Shown one piece after another: positions 37,636-46,619 of a DNA stretch of 64,000 nt. The DNA comes from a virus. The translations under genes were made by a program, and so were the position numbers. Positions within the stretch are counted from its first letter, which is position 1, and each line of letters begins with the position of its first letter. Location of the stretch: positions 82,233-146,232 of the IMG/VR virus record IMGVR_UViG_3300020162_002681. One strand, given 5' to 3'. Below the pieces are notes generated by a model, which saw nothing but the letters and a program-made list of their open reading frames with translations, made no database searches and had not been told where the DNA came from.

Positions 37636-39327
37636 CTAGAAGCTGATACCATTGATGTCGTCGCAGTTGGGGAAGGTGTCGGTGAATATGAGGAGGTCAT
37701 TTGCTTCATTATACTCTGAGCTGTACTTACGAGCAAACGCATCAGCCGCCCAATATTCGTCTTCAGTAAGGAGGTTATTCTTGTCATCGCCAAATATCAT
37801 TATAGTGTTGTTGCTTGTTTTTTGGCTGAGGTAGCCTATAGCATACGCTGTGCAATCTACCCACTCGTTAGTTGAAAACAGAGGAAATCCAACCAGCTCG
37901 TTGATAGCGTGGTCAGGGTCGTAAGTTTCATCTAAGGTGTAGTCCGTCGAGTGAGGTTTGTAAAAATATAGTTGCCCATTCTTGATGAAGGGTACAGCCG
38001 CACCAAATCGCTTTTCTTTGTCAGCTTGTGCCTTACCCCCCCATTCGCTAGGTCTGAAAGGGACAATGTTGGGATACTCACTGGCAAGCAATCGCATCAC
38101 TGCTTCACCATTAGCTTTTGCCTCAACACCAATTTCAGCTTCAGGATACTTCTTGGCTAACTTTTTGATAGCAGTCATTTGCCCCACAATATCCAGCTTA
38201 GCTCGAATACCGTCAATCACATAATAGCTGTCTTCTTTTCTGCCCACCACAGCACCGAGGTTCCAGCTCGTAGAAGCGGTTGATGCCGAAAAGGTTAAGT
38301 CCCACATAATAATCATCGAGTCCATCTTAGTCGGCTTCTGAGACACAATGCGAATATCTTTCTCGTCGAGCGTGATGCCCTTACCACCACCTGAAGGGTC
38401 TTGCTGGAATAAGGTCTTGCGTCTAATTGGGTTGATTGTGTTGAGATAACTGAGAGGTAGGCGTATTTTGTCCATAAGCTCACCTTCAGTCTTACGTGGG
38501 TCGTTCCACTTAGCTCCAAGAGGGGAAAAGTATGTCTTACGAGCAGCAAACTCAGCAGGGATACAAAGCTCGAAGAAGCCGTCTTCACCTCTGTATTTCT
38601 CGAATAAGTGAGCAATCAAGTCATCATCACCAAGACGCTGACAAATAGCTATCTTGATGTCTTCATTAACATCATTGGTACGCCCGAATAACTGGTCAGT
38701 CACCCATGAGTTTCTGTCTCTTCGGATACTCTCATTTTTGTACATTGTCTCATCAATAATATCGTCGATGAGGAAGACTGTTGCTCCATTACCAATAATC
38801 CCAGTCTCAGGTGAGGATATGTTAATTGCACCATATGCAGTGTTTGTTACTTCTTTTTTAGTTGATTGGTCATCAGATAACTTAAAGGAGTATTGAGGAC
38901 TATTTGGATTACAGTATCTATCCTTGTACTTAGGGTTGTTGATAATATTTCTAGTCCCAAGTAAGTTTTTGGTACATAGGTCTAGTTTGTGGGACGACAG
39001 GAAGAAACGCTCTTCGGGATGACTAATCCATCTATATGCAGGGGCTGAAACCGAGGCTATTGTTGACTTTGAGCTGCGGGGTGATACAGTAATTGCAAGC
39101 TTTCTTATCTGTCTATTTAGTGCTGCCTCGATATGTTCAGCAATACAATCAATGTGCCAATTAGATGTTAAGTTTGTACCTTGATGAAATCCCCATGACC
39201 AAGGAAAGAAATGTCGTAGCTTCTTACTCGCTTTTTCTGCCAACACATCATCGAGCGCATCAGTCATCTGCCGAAGTTCAGCTTCGCTCATGTCATTAGA
39301 TTGTTTTTGTGTGGTTCTTGCTGCCAT
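37636..39327 (-). CDS. terL: Terminase large subunit
   Basis: NWHIDCIAEHIEA, VSPRSSKST (Walker A), FLIDD (Walker B), CQRL, FQQDP, WDLTF, VEAKANG. Confidence 0.95.
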   Translation of the reverse strand: MAARTTQKQSNDMSEAELRQMTDALDDVLAEKASKKLRHFFPWSWGFHQGTNLTSNWHIDCIAEHIEAALNRQIRKLAITVSPRSSKSTIASVSAPAYRWISHPEERFFLSSHKLDLCTKNLLGTRNIINNPKYKDRYCNPNSPQYSFKLSDDQSTKKEVTNTAYGAINISSPETGIIGNGATVFLIDDIIDETMYKNESIRRDRNSWVTDQLFGRTNDVNEDIKIAICQRLGDDDLIAHLFEKYRGEDGFFELCIPAEFAARKTYFSPLGAKWNDPRKTEGELMDKIRLPLSYLNTINPIRRKTLFQQDPSGGGKGITLDEKDIRIVSQKPTKMDSMIIMWDLTFSASTASTSWNLGAVVGRKEDSYYVIDGIRAKLDIVGQMTAIKKLAKKYPEAEIGVEAKANGEAVMRLLASEYPNIVPFRPSEWGGKAQADKEKRFGAAVPFIKNGQLYFYKPHSTDYTLDETYDPDHAINELVGFPLFSTNEWVDCTAYAIGYLSQKTSNNTIMIFGDDKNNLLTEDEYWAADAFARKYSSEYNEANDLLIFTDTFPNCDDINGISF

Positions 39328-39375
39328 GTGTATATTGTGATATATTGTGTAAGTATATCATTAGGATGAATTTGA

Positions 39376-39618
39376 ATGGTTCCAGACTATTTTCACCAAA
39401 AAGCTGCATACAATCATAAAAAAGATGATAACGTTGCTGTATCTAAAGGTTTCCAAGATTTTATAGATACGTTACCTAAGACTTATGAACCTAAAGATAT
39501 TCGGATTGGTTCTAAAGTACCCATGACCTACAAAGAGCGTGTAAAGTACTTGCACAATTCTGAGTTAGGTAAATTAATGGGTTTTAAACAAGATGGCTCG
39601 ATTCAAAGTTCAGATTAA
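39376..39618 (+). CDS. Hypothetical protein
   Basis: First ORF of a plus-strand island. Confidence 0.5.
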   Translation: MVPDYFHQKAAYNHKKDDNVAVSKGFQDFIDTLPKTYEPKDIRIGSKVPMTYKERVKYLHNSELGKLMGFKQDGSIQSSD

Positions 39619-39940
39619 AGGCAGCATACTCAAGCAGCCAATGAAGCGCTACATTCCTCCAGATGTTATTGGTGTGCAGTTCTTGATTGATTTTGCTAAG
39701 TGTGATGCTAAGAATCCTCATACTATTGAATACTTGAAGGTCATAGTACCGACAGAAAAGAATGTGGTAGCTGCCAATGCCGTAATGGTGTGGACAGTAT
39801 TGCATAAAGAGCTAGACTTGAAGCTCTATAGCCCTAAGCAGAGCGTGGTAGACTACATAGACAATCACCTCACTCCGTTCGGGGTGCAGAAAAAAGAGAT
39901 TAGGAGATGTGAAGCTAGTGGCACAATACAGAGTAACTAA
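39593..39940 (+). CDS. Hypothetical protein
   Basis: Overlapping operon arrangement. Confidence 0.55.
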   Translation: MARFKVQIKGSILKQPMKRYIPPDVIGVQFLIDFAKCDAKNPHTIEYLKVIVPTEKNVVAANAVMVWTVLHKELDLKLYSPKQSVVDYIDNHLTPFGVQKKEIRRCEASGTIQSN

Positions 39941-40127
39941 GCTCGATGATGAGTTGTGGGGTGTTCAGCAAAAGGTATTGTTATGGTGGCTAAACTACAG
40001 CGTTGTACAGTGGGTGTCTGAGAACAATTTCCATTCTGTACCTGAGAAGATGGCAGTTGTCTTTTTGTCTGAGCGAGAAGCTGAAGATTTTGTCGAATTA
40101 ATGAATAAGAGGGAATTAAATGTCTAG
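39909..40127 (+). CDS. Hypothetical protein
   Basis: Overlapping operon arrangement. Confidence 0.5.
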   Translation: MKLVAQYRVTKLDDELWGVQQKVLLWWLNYSVVQWVSENNFHSVPEKMAVVFLSEREAEDFVELMNKRELNV

Positions 40128-40845
40128 TCCAATCGAGCAAAAGTTAAAATCACTACGCAACTTGAATAGTGGTCAGCCCGAATTACAAAAGCTAACTATT
40201 CACAAACTCAGCAAGACAAGCTGGGTCAACTGGAATCATATTAGGCAAGCGTATATTCTTGGCAAGCGTATTGAAGAGTTCGACGAGGAGACGGGGCATA
40301 CACGAATTTGGTCTGAGAGCTACAACTTAGAGGAACTGGCACGAGAGTTTGGTGTTGGTGTCAGTCAGCTAACGAAGAAATCTGCAATTGAAGGTTGGGG
40401 TGGATTGCGCGATAGCTATTTGGCGCGAGTACAGGAGGAGGCGCTTGGTACTGAGCTTGGCTATTTCACTAATGAGGAGAGCGAGACTGAGGCAAACAGC
40501 TTGGCTATCATTCGTAAGGGTATGAAGCTGATTAACTTGGGACTTGAGCAAGAGTACGGAGACTTACTTGAGGCTGTGGACGCTGATGGTGATGTGGACT
40601 TGCGTGAATATAGTAAGGTCAACTTGAAGGCTTTAGCTGAGGGAATCAAGGGGTTGAAAGCACTGCATGAACTACATGGCAAGATAATGGAAAATGCCCC
40701 TAAAACTAATCAGGAGCTGCTAGAACAATTGAATCGCAGTAAGACGGTGGAGAGACTAAAGAATCCTAAAGAACGTGAGAAACTGCAAAAGGAGCTACAA
40801 AAGAAATTGCAACTCCTTAGTCAGATTGAAGAGGATGAGGACTAA
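40120..40845 (+). CDS. terS: Putative terminase small subunit
   Basis: WNHIRQAYILG...LEELAREFGVGVSQLTKKSAIEGW helix-turn-helix followed by helical oligomerisation-like region; near TerL. Confidence 0.6.
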   Translation: MSSPIEQKLKSLRNLNSGQPELQKLTIHKLSKTSWVNWNHIRQAYILGKRIEEFDEETGHTRIWSESYNLEELAREFGVGVSQLTKKSAIEGWGGLRDSYLARVQEEALGTELGYFTNEESETEANSLAIIRKGMKLINLGLEQEYGDLLEAVDADGDVDLREYSKVNLKALAEGIKGLKALHELHGKIMENAPKTNQELLEQLNRSKTVERLKNPKEREKLQKELQKKLQLLSQIEEDED

Positions 40846-41816
40846 GCTAAGTTGTCCATGTCTTGATATGCTTTACGTCTCTTGTACATGGTGTTGCTAA
40901 CCCTTGCGGCGTTCTCACCAGCAAGACCTAAACTTCCGCCGACAACTCCACCAGCAGCAGTGTTACCAAGAACTTTGCCAAGCCGACCTAATCCTGTAGT
41001 GTTAGCTTTTTCTTCTTCTGTCTCACCAATGCCAGCTCCTCTAGCCAGCCCAGCAGCAGCCCCAAGCCCTGCGCCAATCTGTACACCTCTAGTTGCACCA
41101 AATGCTTGAGCCGTATCCTTAAGTGCGCCTCCAGCAGCTTTAGCGTTGTTTAAGTAAGGCTGAGCTTTGTTTAGCATTGAAGGTAATGGGTTTGTAAAAC
41201 CGAAGTTAGCGAAGTGTTGCATGTTTTTGTGTTGTGTGAAATTGATTCTACTATTGTAGCCTGTCATAAATGGCTTGCCTAATCTCTTAGCCGCATATAG
41301 GTTCTTTACTTCAGCTTCGTCATACTTATCTTTAATATTCTCAATTGCTGCATTATCGATAAGCCTAGCTTCGCGACGCTTTGGGTTGGGGTGTACTATA
41401 TTTCCTTCGTGTATATCGACATGACCAAGATTTTGCTCACGTAGACGATTTTGGATACGACCAACTTGGCTCCCCAGTTTATACTGCTCCTTTGGTGCTA
41501 TACCTTTTAATTTGTTAGGTAGAGGTTGACCAGCGTAATCTTGCGTGTAGGAGGTCATATTGCCACGTTCACGGTAGTTTTGCACTGGAGGCACTAGTCC
41601 TGTCGTTGTAGCTGCTTTACCTGCATTTGTATATTCTTTTCTACTGGCTTTTATGGCTGCTGCTCTGACTTGAGGTGACTCAGGGTAGTAAGTACCGTCA
41701 GGGAGAATGTTGTCGATGCGTACCTTGTTTGTGGCAGGGAAATGTAGTACACGCTTATCTGGTGTGAGAAGAAGTGCTTTGGCGTTACGGATACGAGCGA
41801 AGGATGAGATGTTCAT
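40842..41816 (-). CDS. Protein kinase-like (Bud32/RIO/Kdo-type) domain fused to a Gly-zipper module
   Basis: KEYTN, VPPV, HVDIHEGNI (HxDxxxxN) and RLID; then MQHFANF and the Gly-zipper module. Confidence 0.75.
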   Translation of the reverse strand: MNISSFARIRNAKALLLTPDKRVLHFPATNKVRIDNILPDGTYYPESPQVRAAAIKASRKEYTNAGKAATTTGLVPPVQNYRERGNMTSYTQDYAGQPLPNKLKGIAPKEQYKLGSQVGRIQNRLREQNLGHVDIHEGNIVHPNPKRREARLIDNAAIENIKDKYDEAEVKNLYAAKRLGKPFMTGYNSRINFTQHKNMQHFANFGFTNPLPSMLNKAQPYLNNAKAAGGALKDTAQAFGATRGVQIGAGLGAAAGLARGAGIGETEEEKANTTGLGRLGKVLGNTAAGGVVGGSLGLAGENAARVSNTMYKRRKAYQDMDNLA

Positions 41817-41818
41817 GT

Positions 41819-42184
41819 TTAAAATACTTTGTAGAGGATGTCGGGATTCAGCTCCATAATTTTTAACGACTCTCTGCTAAGAGGTGTCCTGTCTGAGGTA
41901 CAGAAATATAACTTAGTACGTGATTCGTTGTAATGCATTGCGTAGTGCCTGAGCTGGGAAATTGCAGACTTCAAGCTATTTGAATCATTCTTTCTCTTGC
42001 ATTCGATAATGTGCCAACAAACACCGCCATTAGGCAAGTATTCGCGCACCAAGCAATCTATACGTCCTGTGGGTACTTTTACCTCAGTCTGCACAACAAA
42101 GCCGCTAGAGCGCATAAAACTGGCAACTGCGTCTCTGGTATATTTCTCAAGCGGTATATTACTTGTTTTGCGCTTAGCAGCCAT
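41819..42184 (-). CDS. PD-(D/E)XK nuclease-like protein
   Basis: EV...GRIDCLV...IIECK...AISQLRHY. Confidence 0.8.
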   Translation of the reverse strand: MAAKRKTSNIPLEKYTRDAVASFMRSSGFVVQTEVKVPTGRIDCLVREYLPNGGVCWHIIECKRKNDSNSLKSAISQLRHYAMHYNESRTKLYFCTSDRTPLSRESLKIMELNPDILYKVF

Positions 42185-42408
42185 TAGCTTTTGATACGTT
42201 CGATGAGTTCTTTAGATTGATTCTGTTTAGCTAACGCCTTGGGCATGAGAGGGGGCTTGGCGACTTGCTTCTTCATTGCTTTGTCGGCTTTTTTGCCTGT
42301 GAACGATTTGAGGTCGGTTAGTGATGGTGGGAAGATGCTGGGTAGCTTGGTGTCTGGCTTCTTGGTCGTTGTTGGGGTGATGTCGTTCATATTTATGGTT
42401 AGGGGCAA
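42184..42408 (-). CDS. Small basic hypothetical protein
   Basis: Operon packing. Confidence 0.5.
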   Translation of the reverse strand: MPLTINMNDITPTTTKKPDTKLPSIFPPSLTDLKSFTGKKADKAMKKQVAKPPLMPKALAKQNQSKELIERIKS

Positions 42409-42806
42409 GTGTCTCCTATGTTTATTCTATCGTACTGAGCTTCGGGCAAGTCTTTGCGAGTCTGGTCATCACACTCAATGATGTAGCTGAAATCTTGAGT
42501 GAAGAACTTGCGCGATACTTTTGCTGCTGGAGGTGTGAAGGTGGTAACTGTCTTGCTGTCGCCAATCTTAACCGAGTTGTAGGTCGCTTGCGTTACTAGG
42601 TCGTAAGAGCCGTCGCTATAGTAGAGGTAATATTTGTCAGGTAAGGTGAATTGCTTGGCTGTGACGTTGACATGAGCGGATGAAGTAGTGGAAGACGAAG
42701 TGGAGCTGTTTAGTCCTCGGTTGAGTTCGTCGAGTTCGGGGCAACCTACTAAAAGGGGCGTGAGCAAGAGGGCGAGAATTGACGAAGTGGGGAGTAGCTT
42801 AATCAT
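42399..42806 (-). CDS. Putative lipoprotein
   Basis: Signal peptide with LLVGC lipobox followed by a Ser/Thr linker. Confidence 0.7.
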   Translation of the reverse strand: MIKLLPTSSILALLLTPLLVGCPELDELNRGLNSSTSSSTTSSAHVNVTAKQFTLPDKYYLYYSDGSYDLVTQATYNSVKIGDSKTVTTFTPPAAKVSRKFFTQDFSYIIECDDQTRKDLPEAQYDRINIGDTCP

Positions 42807-43221
42807 ATTTGAATTTGTTGCTGTGTTGTTGTTGAACTAATGTGCTGATGTAGTTGAGGATTGAGAACATAGTATTCTTAACGATTTCTTCTCGAAGAAG
42901 TTCTGAGTAAAACACGTTGTTGTACTCAGGAATGTTTAGCTTGCCTAGTTGTTTAATTGTACCTTCAAAGTCCACTTCTTTAGGCAGCTCGAACCACTCG
43001 TTGAAGAAGTCGAAGGTATCGGATAGTTCTTGCTCGGTGAGAAATTCCTCGAAGGCAAGGAGCATGTTGGGTGTTCCGTTGTCCCAGATGGGAGGTACTG
43101 GTAGATGCATGAAAGCAGCTTGGACTAGAGGGGCTTGACCTAATGCAACGTAAGCCAGTTTTTTGCTGGGATGCAGGAATATTTGGATTTGCTGTTTGCG
43201 GGTGATTTTAGTGGTGTTCAT
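42799..43221 (-). CDS. Hypothetical protein
   Basis: 140-aa ORF in the operon. Confidence 0.55.
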   Translation of the reverse strand: MNTTKITRKQQIQIFLHPSKKLAYVALGQAPLVQAAFMHLPVPPIWDNGTPNMLLAFEEFLTEQELSDTFDFFNEWFELPKEVDFEGTIKQLGKLNIPEYNNVFYSELLREEIVKNTMFSILNYISTLVQQQHSNKFKYD

Positions 43222-43257
43222 GGTTTTGGTTTTAGATTAGGTAGATAAATGTCTGTG

Positions 43258-43938
43258 TCATGACTTTGTGTAGTAAATAGCTCTAGATGTGTCTTTGCGT
43301 TCTGTGTAGCCTAAATCTTCCATAATAGATTTAAGGAGCTTCTGTGTACTGTCTGGATAGCCTTCGCAAGCTTTCTTGATATCTTTAAGGAAGATGCGAG
43401 TACGTTTTTTTGTTGTGTAGGTTGAGAAATAGTTTTCAAGATACTCTTCGACGAAATTAACAAGGATATTATCTTGTCTACGCAAAATTGCAAAATACCT
43501 CTTAATTCCAGTTAATAGTACTCCGTAAGGTATATGCCCAGAAAAATAGTTTTGTAAGTCTATTGACAAGAATGCTATACAGTCGTCTCCATCTTTTATT
43601 GGAGAGTTTTTGTAGAGTAGCCGCTTATCTTCTGCATCATAGCTAAATTTGTCTACAAGGTGGGGGGCAGTCACAAAAAACTTAGCTAACTTGGTTTCGG
43701 TTACTCTGGTATCTTTGGCACTTTCAATTAACTCACGTAATTGTGCGTTAGTTTGTTCCTGATTCTTAACTACACTATCTAAATTTTTTACTGTCTCAGC
43801 AAGAGTACCTAGAACTACGCTAAGAACATACCTGTAGTTTTCAGTGTTGGCAGCTTCTAAAATTGCCTCACTGTCTATGGGTCTGGTAGCAAGTGATGTT
43901 TCAATTGTATCAGCCTCTATGGGGTTTGCATACTTCAT
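43258..43938 (-). CDS. Hypothetical protein (coiled coil, possible C-terminal winged helix)
   Basis: 226 aa, first gene of the leftward arm, TGCTATACT upstream. Confidence 0.55.
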   Translation of the reverse strand: MKYANPIEADTIETSLATRPIDSEAILEAANTENYRYVLSVVLGTLAETVKNLDSVVKNQEQTNAQLRELIESAKDTRVTETKLAKFFVTAPHLVDKFSYDAEDKRLLYKNSPIKDGDDCIAFLSIDLQNYFSGHIPYGVLLTGIKRYFAILRRQDNILVNFVEEYLENYFSTYTTKKRTRIFLKDIKKACEGYPDSTQKLLKSIMEDLGYTERKDTSRAIYYTKS

Positions 43939-43977
43939 ATCTATCTTTATTACTATTTAATAAGTATAGCATAACCA

Positions 43978-44012
43978 ACAGCATAGAAAAACTATGCTGT
44001 CTTTTTCTGTTT
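43978..44012 (+). terminator. Hairpin with T-tract
   Basis: ACAGCATAG-AAAAA-CTATGCTGT followed by CTTTTTCTGTTT. Confidence 0.55.
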
Positions 44013-45027
44013 GTAAACTATTGGTAGTCGAGAAAAAGCTAGCGGTATGTCAGGTGTTTGCTGCCTATACTTTCAAATTTGCATACTTATTGAAGTGCCT
44101 CAAACGTCGAGAAATCGTTGAATAACCATTGTTTTTGGTGCGCCTTATATTACTGCTTCTTCTTCTGGTAATCCAAACTTCTACTACTGCTAGGTATGTT
44201 TTAGCCATGCGGCGCTTGAGCCAGTACCTCAGTATCTTCCCTATTTAGCATATGAATCTACCCGTTTTGCCGTACTATCTATGTCATTTCACGATATGTA
44301 TGAAAGCCCGTCGGCGGTGAGACAATGCTGTGATGGCGCAAACTCGTTGGTATATGTGTAGATGATTGCAATTGCAACTATGTTGAGGCTGAAATGTAGA
44401 GTAGGTTGAAGCAAGTGGGGCAAACTATCATCTCTCGTTTAACTCTCGTATATACGAAGATAACATAGTTCTCCATTATCCCTCATATCGTGCTATAATC
44501 CTTACAGTGAAAGCGTTACAGCCTAATCACTACTCTCTCACACAAACATTACTAAGGAGAAATTAAAATGTATTCAGTAAATATTCGTTCAATAAATAGC
44601 ATATTCAATTTGTTGCATAGCCTAAAAATCGCTCTCATGACTTGCGAGTTAGTAAATGCCCAAACATACCTAAAGACATTTTTAAGTAGCTTAGCGGTCA
44701 AACTGCATAATACAGAATTACATATATGCAATTGCAAGAAGTGCACATACAAAATCTTGAAACATGTACGCGCTATATATGTTAATACGAAATTTACGGG
44801 ACAAAAAAGAATTTTCAAACTTTTTTCTCTATACGCTGTAAGACTTTCAGGCACTTTTAAACGGGTACATACTGTAAGGGGGGTTTACATTCTACGCGAT
44901 AGGGTTTATATTGATTCACATGAGATACGAGATAAGCAAAGCCAAGCGGTTAAACGCAAAGTCAAGCTCTCTATCCTATAGCTGACTTGGTTTCTAGCTA
45001 ACCTGAAAAAGATTTATTCAAAAAGGG

Positions 45028-45056
45028 TTGACATTCAAAAAGAAACCTACTAAGCT
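45028..45056 (+). promoter_or_regulatory. Strong sigma70-type early promoter
   Basis: TTGACA-17 bp-TAAGCT with A-tracts upstream. Confidence 0.75.
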
Positions 45057-45096
45057 ACTAAAGCGAACTAAAAAATCGCAAAACAACAAAAAAGAG

Positions 45097-45142
45097 CGCT
45101 TAACTCTTAAATATTAAGCGATTGAACCTTGAAAACTGAATA
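45097..45142 (+). promoter_or_regulatory. boxB-like hairpin plus rrn-type boxA antitermination element
   Basis: CGCTTAA...TTAAGCG hairpin, then GAACCTTGAAAA-CTGAATA. Confidence 0.65.
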
Positions 45143-45439
45143 TAGACTAGCGTTAAATCGCATCAAGTAATCAGTCTTGAGCGTCAAAACTTAGTACCTG
45201 TGTAAAAGATATCCTGTGATAAGGTTACGAGTGGAAAAGTACGGTTAGTCAGCTTATCTAGATAGCCTAGCAAACTACTAGAGACGCTTGCATTATTGCT
45301 TAGTGTGAGGCTGAAAAGCTTGTAACACTTATAAAGAGAAGGGTAGGCGTTATTCAACCGCTAAACCTTAAAAAGTTTTTTCGGAAAAATTTCGCTAAAC
45401 CTCTTAGTCGTGCTTACTGTGCTGTTAGGGACTAACGAT

Positions 45440-45682
45440 ATGTTAACTACCGAACAATACAAATTACTAGAAACATTATCTAGCGATGACATCAGACTAA
45501 TCAAGAGCGCTGTTACTTCTGACAACGTTCTAAACAAAACACGCTTTATTAAAATAGGCGATGCAATGAAAACCCATAAACTCATAGAGAGAGGGATTAT
45601 TGAGTCATACACAATAGACGGAAAATATAAAACAAGCGTTACAAAGGAATATTTTTCTTTGGCTTGCAGACTAGCATCATAA
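45440..45682 (+). CDS. Early hypothetical protein (possible winged helix)
   Basis: ATG at 45440 directly after the left repeat arm. Confidence 0.6.
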   Translation: MLTTEQYKLLETLSSDDIRLIKSAVTSDNVLNKTRFIKIGDAMKTHKLIERGIIESYTIDGKYKTSVTKEYFSLACRLAS

Positions 45683-45843
45683 AACACCAATTATCAACAG
45701 CACAGCAAACACGATTAAGAACTCTCTATAAGTCACACTGTAAGCGCTTAAAACATTCTGAGAATATAGCGCTATATAAAACACTGTTACTTCTTTCTGT
45801 ATTCCATACTGTGCTGTATAACTACACATAGGAGAATACCAAA

Positions 45844-46065
45844 ATGACTGATATACAAGCAATTGAAAGAAAGATTAAAAAGAAAGATGGACTACTAAAC
45901 AGTTTTTGTGACGACTTAAAACAAGAGCGTTTAGATGGTATCAATACTACATCTACAGAAAAGATTATCAATGAAATATCTGATGAGATTGAAATACTAG
46001 AAACAAACCTATATAATTTGATACAGTTTGAATCATCCGCTAATTCTAGCTTATCGTTTGTATAA
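45844..46065 (+). CDS. Early hypothetical protein (coiled coil)
   Basis: AGGAGA Shine-Dalgarno. Confidence 0.7.
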   Translation: MTDIQAIERKIKKKDGLLNSFCDDLKQERLDGINTTSTEKIINEISDEIEILETNLYNLIQFESSANSSLSFV

Positions 46066-46266
46066 ACACTTTACAGCACAGCATAGAGTATAGAAAGAAG
46101 TAACTAAGACAATGACACACTTAACTTAAAACAGTTAAGGTGAGCTATAGGCTACTAGCTGCAAGATTGCTAGGTTAAACTATCCTTGCTACTGTAACTT
46201 GGTTAAGTTAGTCTAGTCCTAACTGTGCTGTAAAGCTTATCACTTGAAAATATAGGAGATAAGACA

Positions 46267-46464
46267 ATGTTAGAATCACTACAACTTTTCTACGGTTGGT
46301 TAGCAATAGCTATAACGTTAGAAATACATCATAATTCGTATATCTGCGAGTTACCTGATAATTTGCACTGTAAAGATATAGAATTTCATTGTATAGAACA
46401 AAACCTTAAATCGGATAGATGGTTAGCAGCAGCTAACGAATTACACAATAAGTTATTTAAGTAA
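46267..46464 (+). CDS. Early hypothetical protein
   Basis: AGGAGA Shine-Dalgarno. Confidence 0.65.
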   Translation: MLESLQLFYGWLAIAITLEIHHNSYICELPDNLHCKDIEFHCIEQNLKSDRWLAAANELHNKLFK

Positions 46465-46619
46465 ACATAGCTACGGTACAGCTAAGACTAGCACTGCTAG
46501 TTCGTATGAGTGAAAAGCTTGTAACATTATGGGAGAAGGGGTGTACCCTTATTCAACCCTATCTCATAATTTCTAAAAATTCTATCCAATAATGGCTTGG
46601 TTTTAACCAAGATAGAAAA

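Larger units (their letters stand above)
45402..46491 (+). repeat. Three pairs of ORF-enclosing imperfect inverted repeats
   Basis: 45402-45426/45696-45720, 45786-45818/46072-46104 and 46213-46232/46472-46491; shared ACTGTGCTGT core in the left arms. Confidence 0.85.

Noticed and set aside
37636-39327. AEF in TerL, and ADF in the XRE, capsid and decoration proteins, as protease sites
   Set aside because: Single occurrences without the basic linker context, compatible with background.
44552-44981. ORFs 44568..44981 (+) and 44552..44854 (-)
   Set aside because: They overlap each other antisense, have atypical composition and no motifs, and lie upstream of the main early promoter; probably spurious, although 44568 has an AAGGAG upstream.
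45300-46600. CRISPR array or integron attC cassettes
   Set aside because: The repeats are inverted and enclose whole ORFs, with no regular repeat-spacer period. I saw no attC RYYYAAC/GTTRRRY boxes or integrase, and the G.U pattern favours RNA.
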